From positions 1 through 57,114 of the forward strand of contig JBDLTL010000002.1 in the NCBI GenBank assembly GCA_039799085.1: 57,114 bases of DNA. Direction: 5' to 3'. Within the stretch, counting starts at the first letter, position 1. Each line of letters starts with the position of its first letter. This stretch comes from Candidatus Parcubacteria bacterium (GTDB taxonomy: Bacteria; Patescibacteriota; Minisyncoccia; Phycocordibacterales; UBA918). Below the pieces are notes generated by a model. That model was not told the DNA's origin. It made no database searches and saw only the letters and a program-made list of their open reading frames with translations. Positions 9,409 through 17,540 of the stretch are shown one piece after another. Made by a program: the position numbers and the translations under genes.

Positions 9409-9792
9409 ATGTTCGATTTCTATCAACGCCGCAAATTAAAGACATTCTTCACTTCTCCGTTGACCCGGGGTATTTTAGCCTTGCTCGTTATTCTTATGGG
9501 CTGGAGCGCCTTTACACGCTTTCAAATTGCAGAAGATATGGCAGGTAGAAGGGGCGAGGCAGTGCGCGAGGTGGAGAAGTTAAAAGAGCAAAAATCAGCT
9601 CTTGAGAAACAGGTGCAGTACCTCAGTGACGATAGAGGAATTGAGGCGGAAATGCGCCGACAGTTTGATGTGGCGCTGACCAACGAGCAGGTGGTGGTAA
9701 TTGTGGAGCCAGAGAAGGGGTCTGAAACAAACGTCGCGACCTCAACGTATCAAGAGGAGTCAGAGCCAGCTTGGTATGAGTTTTGGCGCTAA
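9409..9792 (+). CDS. Septum formation initiator family protein (FtsB/DivIC-like)
   Basis: N-terminal TM helix, then a coiled coil (EVEKLKEQKSALEKQVQYL), then SDDRGIEAEMRRQF typical of FtsB/DivIC. Confidence 0.7.
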   Translation: MFDFYQRRKLKTFFTSPLTRGILALLVILMGWSAFTRFQIAEDMAGRRGEAVREVEKLKEQKSALEKQVQYLSDDRGIEAEMRRQFDVALTNEQVVVIVEPEKGSETNVATSTYQEESEPAWYEFWR

Positions 9793-9834
9793 ATTTGTTA
9801 TACTATAAGAACGTTAATGTAATTAAAAATAAAC

Positions 9835-10068
9835 ATGAATACCGTTATCATTTACAGTACCCCCGTATGTCACTTCTGCCATGCTGCTAAGGATTTCTTT
9901 AAGGAGAATAATGTTGCTTATACCGAGCATGATGTCGCCTCAGATCTCGAAAAGCGTTCTGAAATGATCGATATGACCGGTCAGATGGGAGTGCCTGTGA
10001 TTCGTATTGGGGATGACGTCATCATTGGTTTTGATGAGCCAAAGCTTAAAGAGCTTTTGTCACTTTAG
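9835..10068 (+). CDS. Glutaredoxin-like protein (NrdH/YruB type)
   Basis: 77 aa with a CHFC redox motif at residues 12-15 and GVPVIRIGDDVIIGF matching the thioredoxin-fold GVP..f..g pattern. Confidence 0.8.
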   Translation: MNTVIIYSTPVCHFCHAAKDFFKENNVAYTEHDVASDLEKRSEMIDMTGQMGVPVIRIGDDVIIGFDEPKLKELLSL

Positions 10069-10086
10069 GTTGGGTCATTTTGACGC

Positions 10087-10118
10087 AAAACCACCGCTCG
10101 TTGTGAGCGGTGGTTTTA
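10087..10118. terminator. Bidirectional terminator
   Basis: ccaccgctc / gagcggtgg stem flanked by aaaa and tttt. Confidence 0.8.
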
Positions 10119-10130
10119 TAATAGTTTCTC

Positions 10131-10331
10131 TTACGGGAGTTTCGTTTGCGGGTTGTCTTGGTCGATTCTCATCACGAGAGCATCAAGACGTTTGTCGAGC
10201 TCTCCCATAATTGTGTCCAAGTTTCCTGTGATAACATCCGTCACTCTCGCAAGGTCAAAAAATTCTGCCTCAAAGCGATCGAGTCTTTCTCCCATCTCAT
10301 CACCACCTAAGGTCTGAGGCTCATACTCCAT
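10131..10331 (-). CDS. Hypothetical small acidic protein
   Basis: 66-aa ORF, helical and acidic, ending next to the bidirectional terminator. No recognisable family. Confidence 0.45.
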   Translation of the reverse strand: MEYEPQTLGGDEMGERLDRFEAEFFDLARVTDVITGNLDTIMGELDKRLDALVMRIDQDNPQTKLP

Positions 10332-10566
10332 AGATAAAATTCATTACAATGCGTTTGTCTTAAAGATTAAATTCGTTGCTCTACGTTTTTTGAGACAGCG
10401 AAGCTTTAAATCCTATCATGAGGGTTGTGCCAACTTGACTCTCGCTGGGGATAGGGTACTTGGGCACTGGCAATTAAGCGTTGTACGAACACTTCATGTA
10501 TTGTGAGCATTAAGTAGCAGTTTTTCTAGCGAAGGAAAGAAAAACATGTCTCCGCTTCGCGAATCT

Positions 10567-10590
10567 AAAACTATGCTTAGGCATAGTTTT
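10567..10590 (-). terminator. Terminator downstream of tRNA-Arg
   Basis: aaaactatgc / gcatagtttt 10-bp stem with loop ttag. Confidence 0.6.
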
Positions 10591-10601
10591 CTTAACGCTT
10601 G

Positions 10602-10673
10602 TGCCTCCACCAGGAATCGAACCCAGATTTTTTCCTTAGGACGGAATCGTTCTATCCATTGAACTATGAAGGC
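10602..10673 (-). tRNA. tRNA-Arg (anticodon CCT)
   Basis: Manual cloverleaf: GCCTTCA TA GTTC AATGGATA GAAC G ATTCC GTCCTAA GGAAA AAAT CTGGG TTCGATT CCTGG TGGAGGC A. CCA is not encoded. Confidence 0.9.
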
Positions 10674-10727
10674 GGTTGTCGATAGGGTAGCAGAAAAAGA
10701 GAGCGGTGGGTAGGGTATAATTACGTG

Positions 10728-11018
10728 ATGGAACCAAATAGCGGACATTCAGAACTTAAGGCACTTATCCTCGAAAATCAGCGCCTTTTGGCTGAAAATA
10801 ATGAATTGTTAAAGAAGATGCAGCGAAGTGCGAGGAGGCACTTTTGGCTTAATATGGTATACATCTTCGTCTTTCTCGGTCTGCCCGTGGTTGTATATTA
10901 CTATTTTCTTGCGCCGTACCTTGAGACGTTTGAGTCAATCGTGCCCCAAATGGACGCAGTGCCAGAGCTTAAGGCACTACTTGAGCTTCAGGGCGCAGCG
11001 TGGCGGGGTGTAGAATAG
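10728..11018 (+). CDS. Hypothetical membrane protein (coiled-coil N-terminus, one or two TM helices)
   Basis: 96-aa ORF. TATAAT at 10716-10721 sits 6 nt before the ATG, so the mRNA may be leaderless. Confidence 0.55.
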   Translation: MEPNSGHSELKALILENQRLLAENNELLKKMQRSARRHFWLNMVYIFVFLGLPVVVYYYFLAPYLETFESIVPQMDAVPELKALLELQGAAWRGVE

Positions 11019-11078
11019 GCGTTGATATTATTATAAAAATAGGTACAATATCGCCACCAATCACGAAAGTGAATGATC

Positions 11079-11151
11079 GCTTGGATAGCTCAGTTGGTAG
11101 AGCACTCCCCTGAAGAGGGAGGGGTCAGCAGTTCGAGCCTGCTTCCAAGCA
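11079..11151 (+). tRNA. tRNA-Phe (anticodon GAA)
   Basis: Manual cloverleaf: GCTTGGA TA GCTC AGTTGGTA GAGC A CTCCC CTGAAGA GGGAG GGGTC AGCAG TTCGAGC CTGCT TCCAAGC A. Confidence 0.95.
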
Positions 11152-11152
11152 C

Positions 11153-11192
11153 AAAAGAAAAGACCGGTCGCATAGCGACCGGTCTTTTCTTG
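11153..11192. terminator. Bidirectional terminator (tRNA-Phe / hsp20)
   Basis: agaccggtcgc / gcgaccggtct stem flanked by an A-run and a T-run. Confidence 0.8.
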
Positions 11193-11195
11193 TTC

Positions 11196-11717
11196 CTACT
11201 TATGAATGATATTTGATTTAACTCGGAGCTGCGTAGAACGGTGCTTGTCTAGCTTAGGAAGACGGATTTCAAGAAGTCCATGCTTCTCTTGCGCCTCTGC
11301 TTCGTCAATCGCTACTTCTTCAGGAAGGACGAGAGTACGAGAGAAGCTGCCCCAGAATAGTTCACGGTGGTAGTAGCCGTCATCGTGGGTTTCTTGAAAT
11401 TCTTCACGTACACCTCGGATGGTCACCATGTCACGTGTAATGGAGATTTCTAGGTCAGTTGGACTGACACCAGCAACAAGTGCGCGAATAACGATAGCAT
11501 CGTCAGTCTGGAACATGTCGACAGGGAGTTCACCATCTTGTGATGAGCCTGACTGTTGTCCTTGGTCCCATTCATCTTCCTCTTCTTCTTGGTAGGTATC
11601 TTCTTGTACTGCCAAGTCATCATCTTCGCCGAAGTGACGCTTATCGTCGAGAATACGGTCGTATTCATCGCCCTGGCCACCGCCGGTGAGTCGATCTAGA
11701 AATGAAGGTTTTTTCAT
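11196..11717 (-). CDS. Hsp20/alpha-crystallin family small heat-shock protein
   Basis: Alpha-crystallin domain (VDMFQTDDAIVIRALVAGV...LPEEVAIDEAEAQEKHGLLEIRLPK). ATG 11717 overlaps the prsW stop as ATGA. The track start 11729 is a TTG. Confidence 0.9.
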   Translation of the reverse strand: MKKPSFLDRLTGGGQGDEYDRILDDKRHFGEDDDLAVQEDTYQEEEEDEWDQGQQSGSSQDGELPVDMFQTDDAIVIRALVAGVSPTDLEISITRDMVTIRGVREEFQETHDDGYYHRELFWGSFSRTLVLPEEVAIDEAEAQEKHGLLEIRLPKLDKHRSTQLRVKSNIIHK

Positions 11718-12421
11718 AGTATTGGACAAGATTTAGGATTATGGGCGCATTCAAGTTGCTTTATCTTCTCAAACAGAAGAAAGAGTACGATTACTCCCAT
11801 CCAGACAAAGAGGAATACTCCGAGAATGGTTTCTCCGCTTGCATCCATTATAAAAAAGTTAAATAGGGCATGCAATACAATCGCAATGAATAACCCGACG
11901 GTTCCGTAGGTGAGTTGTGCGAGTTTTGGCTTGTAGTAACTGAGTGCGAGCATGACACCAACAGTGCCTGAGGCAAGAATGTGGAGAAGGGTGGCACCAA
12001 GGAAGCGGAAACTTCCGGTGAGCGCTGAGTTCACGAAATCTCCAGAGACAAGTGGATTGAAGATGAAGAGAGCATTTTCAAGGGCTGCAAAACCTAGTGC
12101 AATGGTAATCATGTAGATGACCATGTCGATAGGTTCATCAACTTCACGGTTCCAGAAGATCAGAATAAGAGCCGCGGCATATTTGAGGAGCTCCTCAATA
12201 ATGACCCAAACGAGAATAACATTGGAGCCAGTATAGATTTCGATGGCTGCCTTCTGGAGAGGAAGAGTGAGTGGTACCACAGCCATGCCAGCTATGAAGC
12301 TTATGGCGATAAGGAGGTAGGGTTCTGGATGCGAATTGTCTTCACGAAGCCAAAACCATAGCCAAAAGAGCGCGGGTGTGAGACCGGCAAGAAACGCAAT
12401 GGCAAAGTACGTCGATAACAT
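11714..12421 (-). CDS. PrsW family intramembrane metalloprotease
   Basis: Polytopic protein with EELLKYAA and HALFNFF motifs characteristic of PrsW. Confidence 0.8.
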   Translation of the reverse strand: MLSTYFAIAFLAGLTPALFWLWFWLREDNSHPEPYLLIAISFIAGMAVVPLTLPLQKAAIEIYTGSNVILVWVIIEELLKYAAALILIFWNREVDEPIDMVIYMITIALGFAALENALFIFNPLVSGDFVNSALTGSFRFLGATLLHILASGTVGVMLALSYYKPKLAQLTYGTVGLFIAIVLHALFNFFIMDASGETILGVFLFVWMGVIVLFLLFEKIKQLECAHNPKSCPIL

Positions 12422-12436
12422 TTAACTCTATTGTAG

Positions 12437-12473
12437 CAAAAGACGGCCAGAGCTTTGCTCTGGCCGTCTTTTA
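12437..12473 (-). terminator. Terminator of valS
   Basis: agacggccagagc / gctctggccgtct 13-bp stem, with a T-run on the minus strand. Confidence 0.8.
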
Positions 12474-12490
12474 AAAGGGGATTATTCTGC

Positions 12491-14662
12491 TTATTTATCT
12501 TGCGGCCATTTTGCCACCATCAGAAGCTCACTATCTTTCATTGTTTCTGGGAGCTCTTGCCAGATTGTCTCGGTGACAAATGGCATGAATGGATGGAGGA
12601 GCTTGAGAGAGGTGGTTAGACATTCGATTAGTAATTTCTGTCTAGCTTGGCGAGCGTTTCCTCCACCATCACTTTTTATGTAGATTTTTGAGTCCTCAAT
12701 TATATCGGAAGCGAATTTATCCCATACAAAGTGATAGATTTTCTCAGCAGCCAGGTCAAAACGGTCTTTATCCATTAATGCATCAATCTCTTGAGTAGTC
12801 ACCTCGAGTTCATTTCTTAATATAGTGTCAACTGCCCCCGGCTCAGGATTATTTAGATAGTCGTGGTCAGTTGTCGAATCAAGCACAAACCTAGTGATAT
12901 TCCAAAGTTTATTTGCGAATTTCTTGTACGCGTTTACTTTATCAGGATCAAGGTTCATGTCAGTTCCTGGTACGTTGTTTACCATAAGTGCCATACGGAG
13001 AGCATCGGTTCCGTACTTTTCTTGAATTTCGCTTGGGGCAATCACATTTCCTTTACTCTTACTCATCTTTTTACCATGCTTATCTCGTACCATTCCGTGT
13101 AGGTAGATTTTCTTAAACGGCACTTTTTGGGTGCGGTAAAGTCCAAGCATAATCATGCGCGCCACCCAGAAAAAGATGATATCTTTTCCTGTTTCCATCA
13201 CAGAAGTAGGGTAGTAGTTTTTGAAGTCATCGCTTTCACCACCAAAGTCAGTAACACAAAGCGGCCATTGCCCAGAAGAAAACCAAGTGTCAAACGTATC
13301 AGGATCTTGGTGGACATTGCCACCACACTTCGCGCAAGAAGAAACATTATTTTCGATATCTACCATCCCGTGACCACAGTCATCACATACTTTGGCAGGG
13401 ATCGAGATACCCCACGCAATTTGTCGCGCGATTGGCCAGTCGTCGATGTTGGTAAGCCAGTGCCGGAAGACACGTTCGTCTCGTTCAGTTACAAATTCAA
13501 ACTTCTTAGCGTCGAGTGCACTCAGTGCTTTTTCAGCCAGCGGCTTCATGTTTACAAACCACTGCTCTTTAATTTGTGGTTCGATTTCACGGCCACACTT
13601 ATAACAACAGGGAACAGAGTGATTATATTTTTCATCAATATGGTCCAGCAATCCTTTAGCTTCAAGTTTTTCAACTATCTTCTTACGAGCATCGCGAATA
13701 TCCATGCCAGCAAATTCTTCCGCAATCGGGAGCAGCTTTCCGCGCCAGTCGATAATTTGCTCATAGTCTAGATTGTGGCGCTTGGCGATTTCGAAGTCGA
13801 TACCAGAGTGCCACGGAGTGATAGTCATCACACCAGTACCCATTTCAGGGTCACCAGCTTCATCTTTAATCACGGTTGCTGTAATCGGTCCGTTAATCCA
13901 TTCAAGTTCAATTTTTTGTCCGTGTTCGTATTCGGCGTAACGGGCGTCATCGGGGTGCATCACCACGTACTTGTCACCGAATTTTGTCTCCGGACGTGCG
14001 GTACCAATTACAAACGGTCCGTACTTGAAGTAGTAGAACGGCTCGGTTCGTTCCTCGTGTTCTACCTCAAGATTTGAAAAAGAAGTCTGATGTTTCGGAC
14101 ACCAGTTGCTTGAACGAGCGCCGCGATAGAGCAGTCCATCAGTTTCGAGCTGCTTAAAAGTGTCATAGACAATCTTGACCACCTTGTCATCAAGGGTGAA
14201 GAGTTCGCGCGACCAATCGCAGGATGCTCCAAGGGAACGAATCTGGCCTTCCATGAAAGACTTGTTGGCAAGGGTGAAGTCGAGAATTTCTTTATATAGT
14301 TCCTCGCGACTCATTTGGAAGCGAGAACGACCTTCTTTTTCAAGTTTCTTCTCATACACTACCTGTGTCTCAAAGCCAGCGTGATCAGCTCCAGGGAACC
14401 AAACAGCTTTCTTCCCGCGCATACGCTCAAAACGCATCATGATGTCTTGGACGGTCACAAAAAGCGCGTGGCCAGCATGGAGTGAACCATTAGCATTAGG
14501 CGGAGGCATCACAATAGAGAATTGCTCAGTCCGCTCACCAGGTAGATTGTCAGGGTTAAAATACCCCGATTTTTCCCAAAGCTCATAGATGCGATTCTCA
14601 TGATCTTCGGGGCTGTAGGGGCTTAAAAAAAGCTTAGGAATATTGGTTTTTTCGTCACTCAT
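12491..14662 (-). CDS. valS: Valine--tRNA ligase (short form, 723 aa)
   Basis: Class I aaRS with PPPNANGSLHAGHA (HIGH region) and KMSKSKGN. The ValRS-like N-terminus is YSPEDHENRIYELWEKSGYF. There is no long C-terminal coiled coil. Confidence 0.9.
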   Translation of the reverse strand: MSDEKTNIPKLFLSPYSPEDHENRIYELWEKSGYFNPDNLPGERTEQFSIVMPPPNANGSLHAGHALFVTVQDIMMRFERMRGKKAVWFPGADHAGFETQVVYEKKLEKEGRSRFQMSREELYKEILDFTLANKSFMEGQIRSLGASCDWSRELFTLDDKVVKIVYDTFKQLETDGLLYRGARSSNWCPKHQTSFSNLEVEHEERTEPFYYFKYGPFVIGTARPETKFGDKYVVMHPDDARYAEYEHGQKIELEWINGPITATVIKDEAGDPEMGTGVMTITPWHSGIDFEIAKRHNLDYEQIIDWRGKLLPIAEEFAGMDIRDARKKIVEKLEAKGLLDHIDEKYNHSVPCCYKCGREIEPQIKEQWFVNMKPLAEKALSALDAKKFEFVTERDERVFRHWLTNIDDWPIARQIAWGISIPAKVCDDCGHGMVDIENNVSSCAKCGGNVHQDPDTFDTWFSSGQWPLCVTDFGGESDDFKNYYPTSVMETGKDIIFFWVARMIMLGLYRTQKVPFKKIYLHGMVRDKHGKKMSKSKGNVIAPSEIQEKYGTDALRMALMVNNVPGTDMNLDPDKVNAYKKFANKLWNITRFVLDSTTDHDYLNNPEPGAVDTILRNELEVTTQEIDALMDKDRFDLAAEKIYHFVWDKFASDIIEDSKIYIKSDGGGNARQARQKLLIECLTTSLKLLHPFMPFVTETIWQELPETMKDSELLMVAKWPQDK

Positions 14663-14763
14663 GTAGCGTCGATAATAACATATTTCTATATTAAATTAAA
14701 ACCGTGTTATATAATTTTAGAAATCTCACTTTAAGATAAAAAAGTAATTAAATTCTTGTAGCA

Positions 14764-16932
14764 ATGAATGTAAAAAATGAAATTATAACAATCAGAGCCT
14801 GTGGGTACCCCTATCTAGTTGAAAGGTTGGTCATTTCTATTTTATCGAATATTAAAAGTTACGGAATGCAGCGTGACTGTGTAATTATAAATATAATAAA
14901 TGACACAAAAACAAAGGATTCAGTAAAAGTTTTTGAAACTTTAGTTTCTCGACTTAATTCTGTAACATTGAGTAATGTTGTAATAGATTTGTATCACATA
15001 CATGACAAAAACAGACTCTTAAAAAAACTTGATGATTACAGAGGTAACACGATCCCAAAAGAAGAGTTAAGGATGATAATTTCTCAAGAGTTTCAAAATC
15101 TCGGAGGTACAGTAGGGGCTTATAACTATGCATTACTTGTAAGTCAGTACACAATCGGAAAGTATAATTTAAATGAGATAGAAACAATTGCAACTTTCCA
15201 CGATGACGATGTTCATTATAGTGTATTAGAAAAAAGTAAAGATGGATACAAAGTAAGTAATTTTGATTTTTTTAGAGAGAGACAGACATTATTTCTTGAT
15301 TCAAGATGTAAGGCCATCTCAGGCAGGTATACTCATCATACAGGATCTCCTTATAAAATGCTCCTAAATTTTTTTTCTGTTCTAGAAATAATGGTCAAGT
15401 TATCTGTTAATAAAAAAAATGACAGGACAGTCCTTCACACTTTTGAGAATGAAGAAAATCAAATTATTACGAGTGGTAATATCAAAAATAATGTAACAAA
15501 AGTACTCAATAGTTTCATACAGAGAACACCAGTAGCGGGACTCTATACTGTAGAGGGGAACGCCAGAGAAGCAGATCAAGAAAATTTTACAATCAATGGC
15601 GGCATTTTAAGTATTAGAGCAACCGAACTTGAAAATCTGTTGATAATTCCGTTTTCCCTTCAAGATTTAGTGTTAACTGCACAAATAAGGAACGAACTTG
15701 GTCAGGGTAGTCTTTTTGTTTGTACAGGATTAAGGCATATACGAAACCCTAAAGAGACAGGTCTTGCCGCAAGTCCTCATCTTTTGATAGATGCTGTCTT
15801 GCGTGAAGATGATGCAAAATTATACATGTGTCTAAAGAAGCTTTTGGTTGATAAAAAAGAGATTTTAGGTAAAAAAATGAAGGACATATCAGTCAACAGA
15901 TACAATGAACTTAGGAAAGCGTTTTCACAGTTGAAAAAAAATTCTCATAATCTAGAAAACCTAAAAGTAACGAGTCCATATTTAGCACAGACTTATAAAG
16001 AAGTCTTATCCTGCGAAAAGACTTTGTTGAATCTGGTTTCTTACTCAAATTCAGATGCTGCTCTCTATCGAAGAAGTGAATATCTTTGGAATCTTTACAT
16101 TAATGTTTATCCCTACAGAAAAGAAATACATAAACTTTTTAAAGACTTGGGATCTCATGATTTAGTTTCTAAAAAATTCAAAGCGGCACATCTAGCCCTT
16201 GGGGCGGAAGTCCCCGTGCTTTTCTCGTTTGATTTGGATGGTACTCTACGATCAGGGGAGACGGGTCCATTAAGGAAAGGTTCAGATACGTTGACTTCTC
16301 TGATAAAAAAAATCAATGAGAATAATATAACTGTATTAAATACTAATAACAGTATTGAGTCGGCGCTGAGTGCTAATGAGATTTTGCGATTTGATTATGT
16401 TATCTGTGAGAACGGTTCTCTGATTTTTGATTGTAAGTCAAAAGAGTTAGTAGTTGTCGCTAAAACAAGTTATTTAACTGAACAGAGAGAGATTATTAAT
16501 AAGCTAAAGAGAGCAAATATTAAGTTTTTTCATCAAAGAAAAGCAACTATTTATATACGTGATGGAGAAAAATTTTTACTTTTGTTAAACTCATTAAATA
16601 TAAATCTTGAAAATTTAGGAGTACAGTGTTTTTTTTCAAGAAATGGAAACTATAAAATCCAACTCGGTCCGCCGAACGTTAATAAATTTACCAGCATAAA
16701 TTACATCCTTGATTATAATCAAGCAATCGAAAACGCCTTTCATTTTGGAGACGATGTACTGGATGTACTTCCAGAGGATTGTGTGAGTAAAAAAATTAAG
16801 ACAATTGGAATCAAAAACCATAGATTAGAGGAAGGGTCTAATTCTCGATTTGACCATATTTTGGCACATGAAGATATTCACGGTATAATAAATTTTCTTA
16901 AAATCTTGGATTCTAGTAGAATGTTTTTATGA
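14764..16932 (+). CDS. Fusion protein: N-terminal GT-A-like glycosyltransferase-type domain plus C-terminal HAD-IIB phosphatase domain
   Basis: N-terminal part has ITIRACGYPY beta1, GGTVGAYNYALL and a HDDDV (DxD-like) motif. C-terminal part has FSFDLDGTL (HAD motif I), VLNTNNS (II), NVNKFTS (III Lys) and FGDDVLDV (IV). Confidence 0.55.
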   Translation: MNVKNEIITIRACGYPYLVERLVISILSNIKSYGMQRDCVIINIINDTKTKDSVKVFETLVSRLNSVTLSNVVIDLYHIHDKNRLLKKLDDYRGNTIPKEELRMIISQEFQNLGGTVGAYNYALLVSQYTIGKYNLNEIETIATFHDDDVHYSVLEKSKDGYKVSNFDFFRERQTLFLDSRCKAISGRYTHHTGSPYKMLLNFFSVLEIMVKLSVNKKNDRTVLHTFENEENQIITSGNIKNNVTKVLNSFIQRTPVAGLYTVEGNAREADQENFTINGGILSIRATELENLLIIPFSLQDLVLTAQIRNELGQGSLFVCTGLRHIRNPKETGLAASPHLLIDAVLREDDAKLYMCLKKLLVDKKEILGKKMKDISVNRYNELRKAFSQLKKNSHNLENLKVTSPYLAQTYKEVLSCEKTLLNLVSYSNSDAALYRRSEYLWNLYINVYPYRKEIHKLFKDLGSHDLVSKKFKAAHLALGAEVPVLFSFDLDGTLRSGETGPLRKGSDTLTSLIKKINENNITVLNTNNSIESALSANEILRFDYVICENGSLIFDCKSKELVVVAKTSYLTEQREIINKLKRANIKFFHQRKATIYIRDGEKFLLLLNSLNINLENLGVQCFFSRNGNYKIQLGPPNVNKFTSINYILDYNQAIENAFHFGDDVLDVLPEDCVSKKIKTIGIKNHRLEEGSNSRFDHILAHEDIHGIINFLKILDSSRMFL

Positions 16933-17540
16933 GTCGAGTCCATTCTCCCAAAAGTCTAATTTTAGAAGGTGTTTCTGGCTCTGGAAAGACGACGATATAT
17001 CAAAATTTAGCCAGATACGCGATTGAGCATTCTATTAAATCAGAATTTGTTTCTGAGGAAAGAACTGTTTTAAAAATGTTGGATTCCACTGTACTTTCTG
17101 ACAATGTAGTGTATTTATTAAATTTGTTAGATATAACTTACTTAGATCAAAAGGATTTAACTGTTTTTGACAGGTTTCATTTTACACACACAATCAAAAC
17201 GAACGCAGGTCTTGATGATTTCAAAGAGGTTGAAGATATTCTTTTAGCCAAGGAGACGATTATTTTGTTTCTGCGCGTTTCTAAGAAGGAAATGTACGAT
17301 AGATTTAATAAAGCCTTAAAGTACAAATCAACAAAGTGGGTTAATTACATGAGGAAAGCTGGATTGGTTAGCACTGAAGATCTTGTGGAATATCATTTCG
17401 CACGCCAAAATTATTTCGAGAATTTATTAAACTCCACTCGATTGGAGCATTCTATTTTAGATGTCGCCGATTATAATTATATAGATTTGACTTACAAAAT
17501 TATTGATATTCTCCAGATAGAACCTGGTCAACTTTTGTGA
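16929..17540 (+). CDS. P-loop kinase-like protein (dNK/NMP-kinase fold)
   Basis: Walker A LILEGVSGSGKTT and a DRFHFTH segment. The start overlaps the upstream stop as ATGA. Confidence 0.55.
   Translation: MSRVHSPKSLILEGVSGSGKTTIYQNLARYAIEHSIKSEFVSEERTVLKMLDSTVLSDNVVYLLNLLDITYLDQKDLTVFDRFHFTHTIKTNAGLDDFKEVEDILLAKETIILFLRVSKKEMYDRFNKALKYKSTKWVNYMRKAGLVSTEDLVEYHFARQNYFENLLNSTRLEHSILDVADYNYIDLTYKIIDILQIEPGQLL

Noticed and set aside
13127-13771. Long antisense shadow ORFs inside well-supported genes (13127..13771 in valS, 40072..40677 in res, 48454..49002 in ftsZ, 49641..50225 in ftsA, 25025..25819 in the ABC gene, 53610..54236 opposite 53577..54026)
   Set aside because: Each overlaps a gene with clear family motifs on another frame or strand and shows Ser/Arg/Leu-rich low-complexity composition typical of shadow frames.
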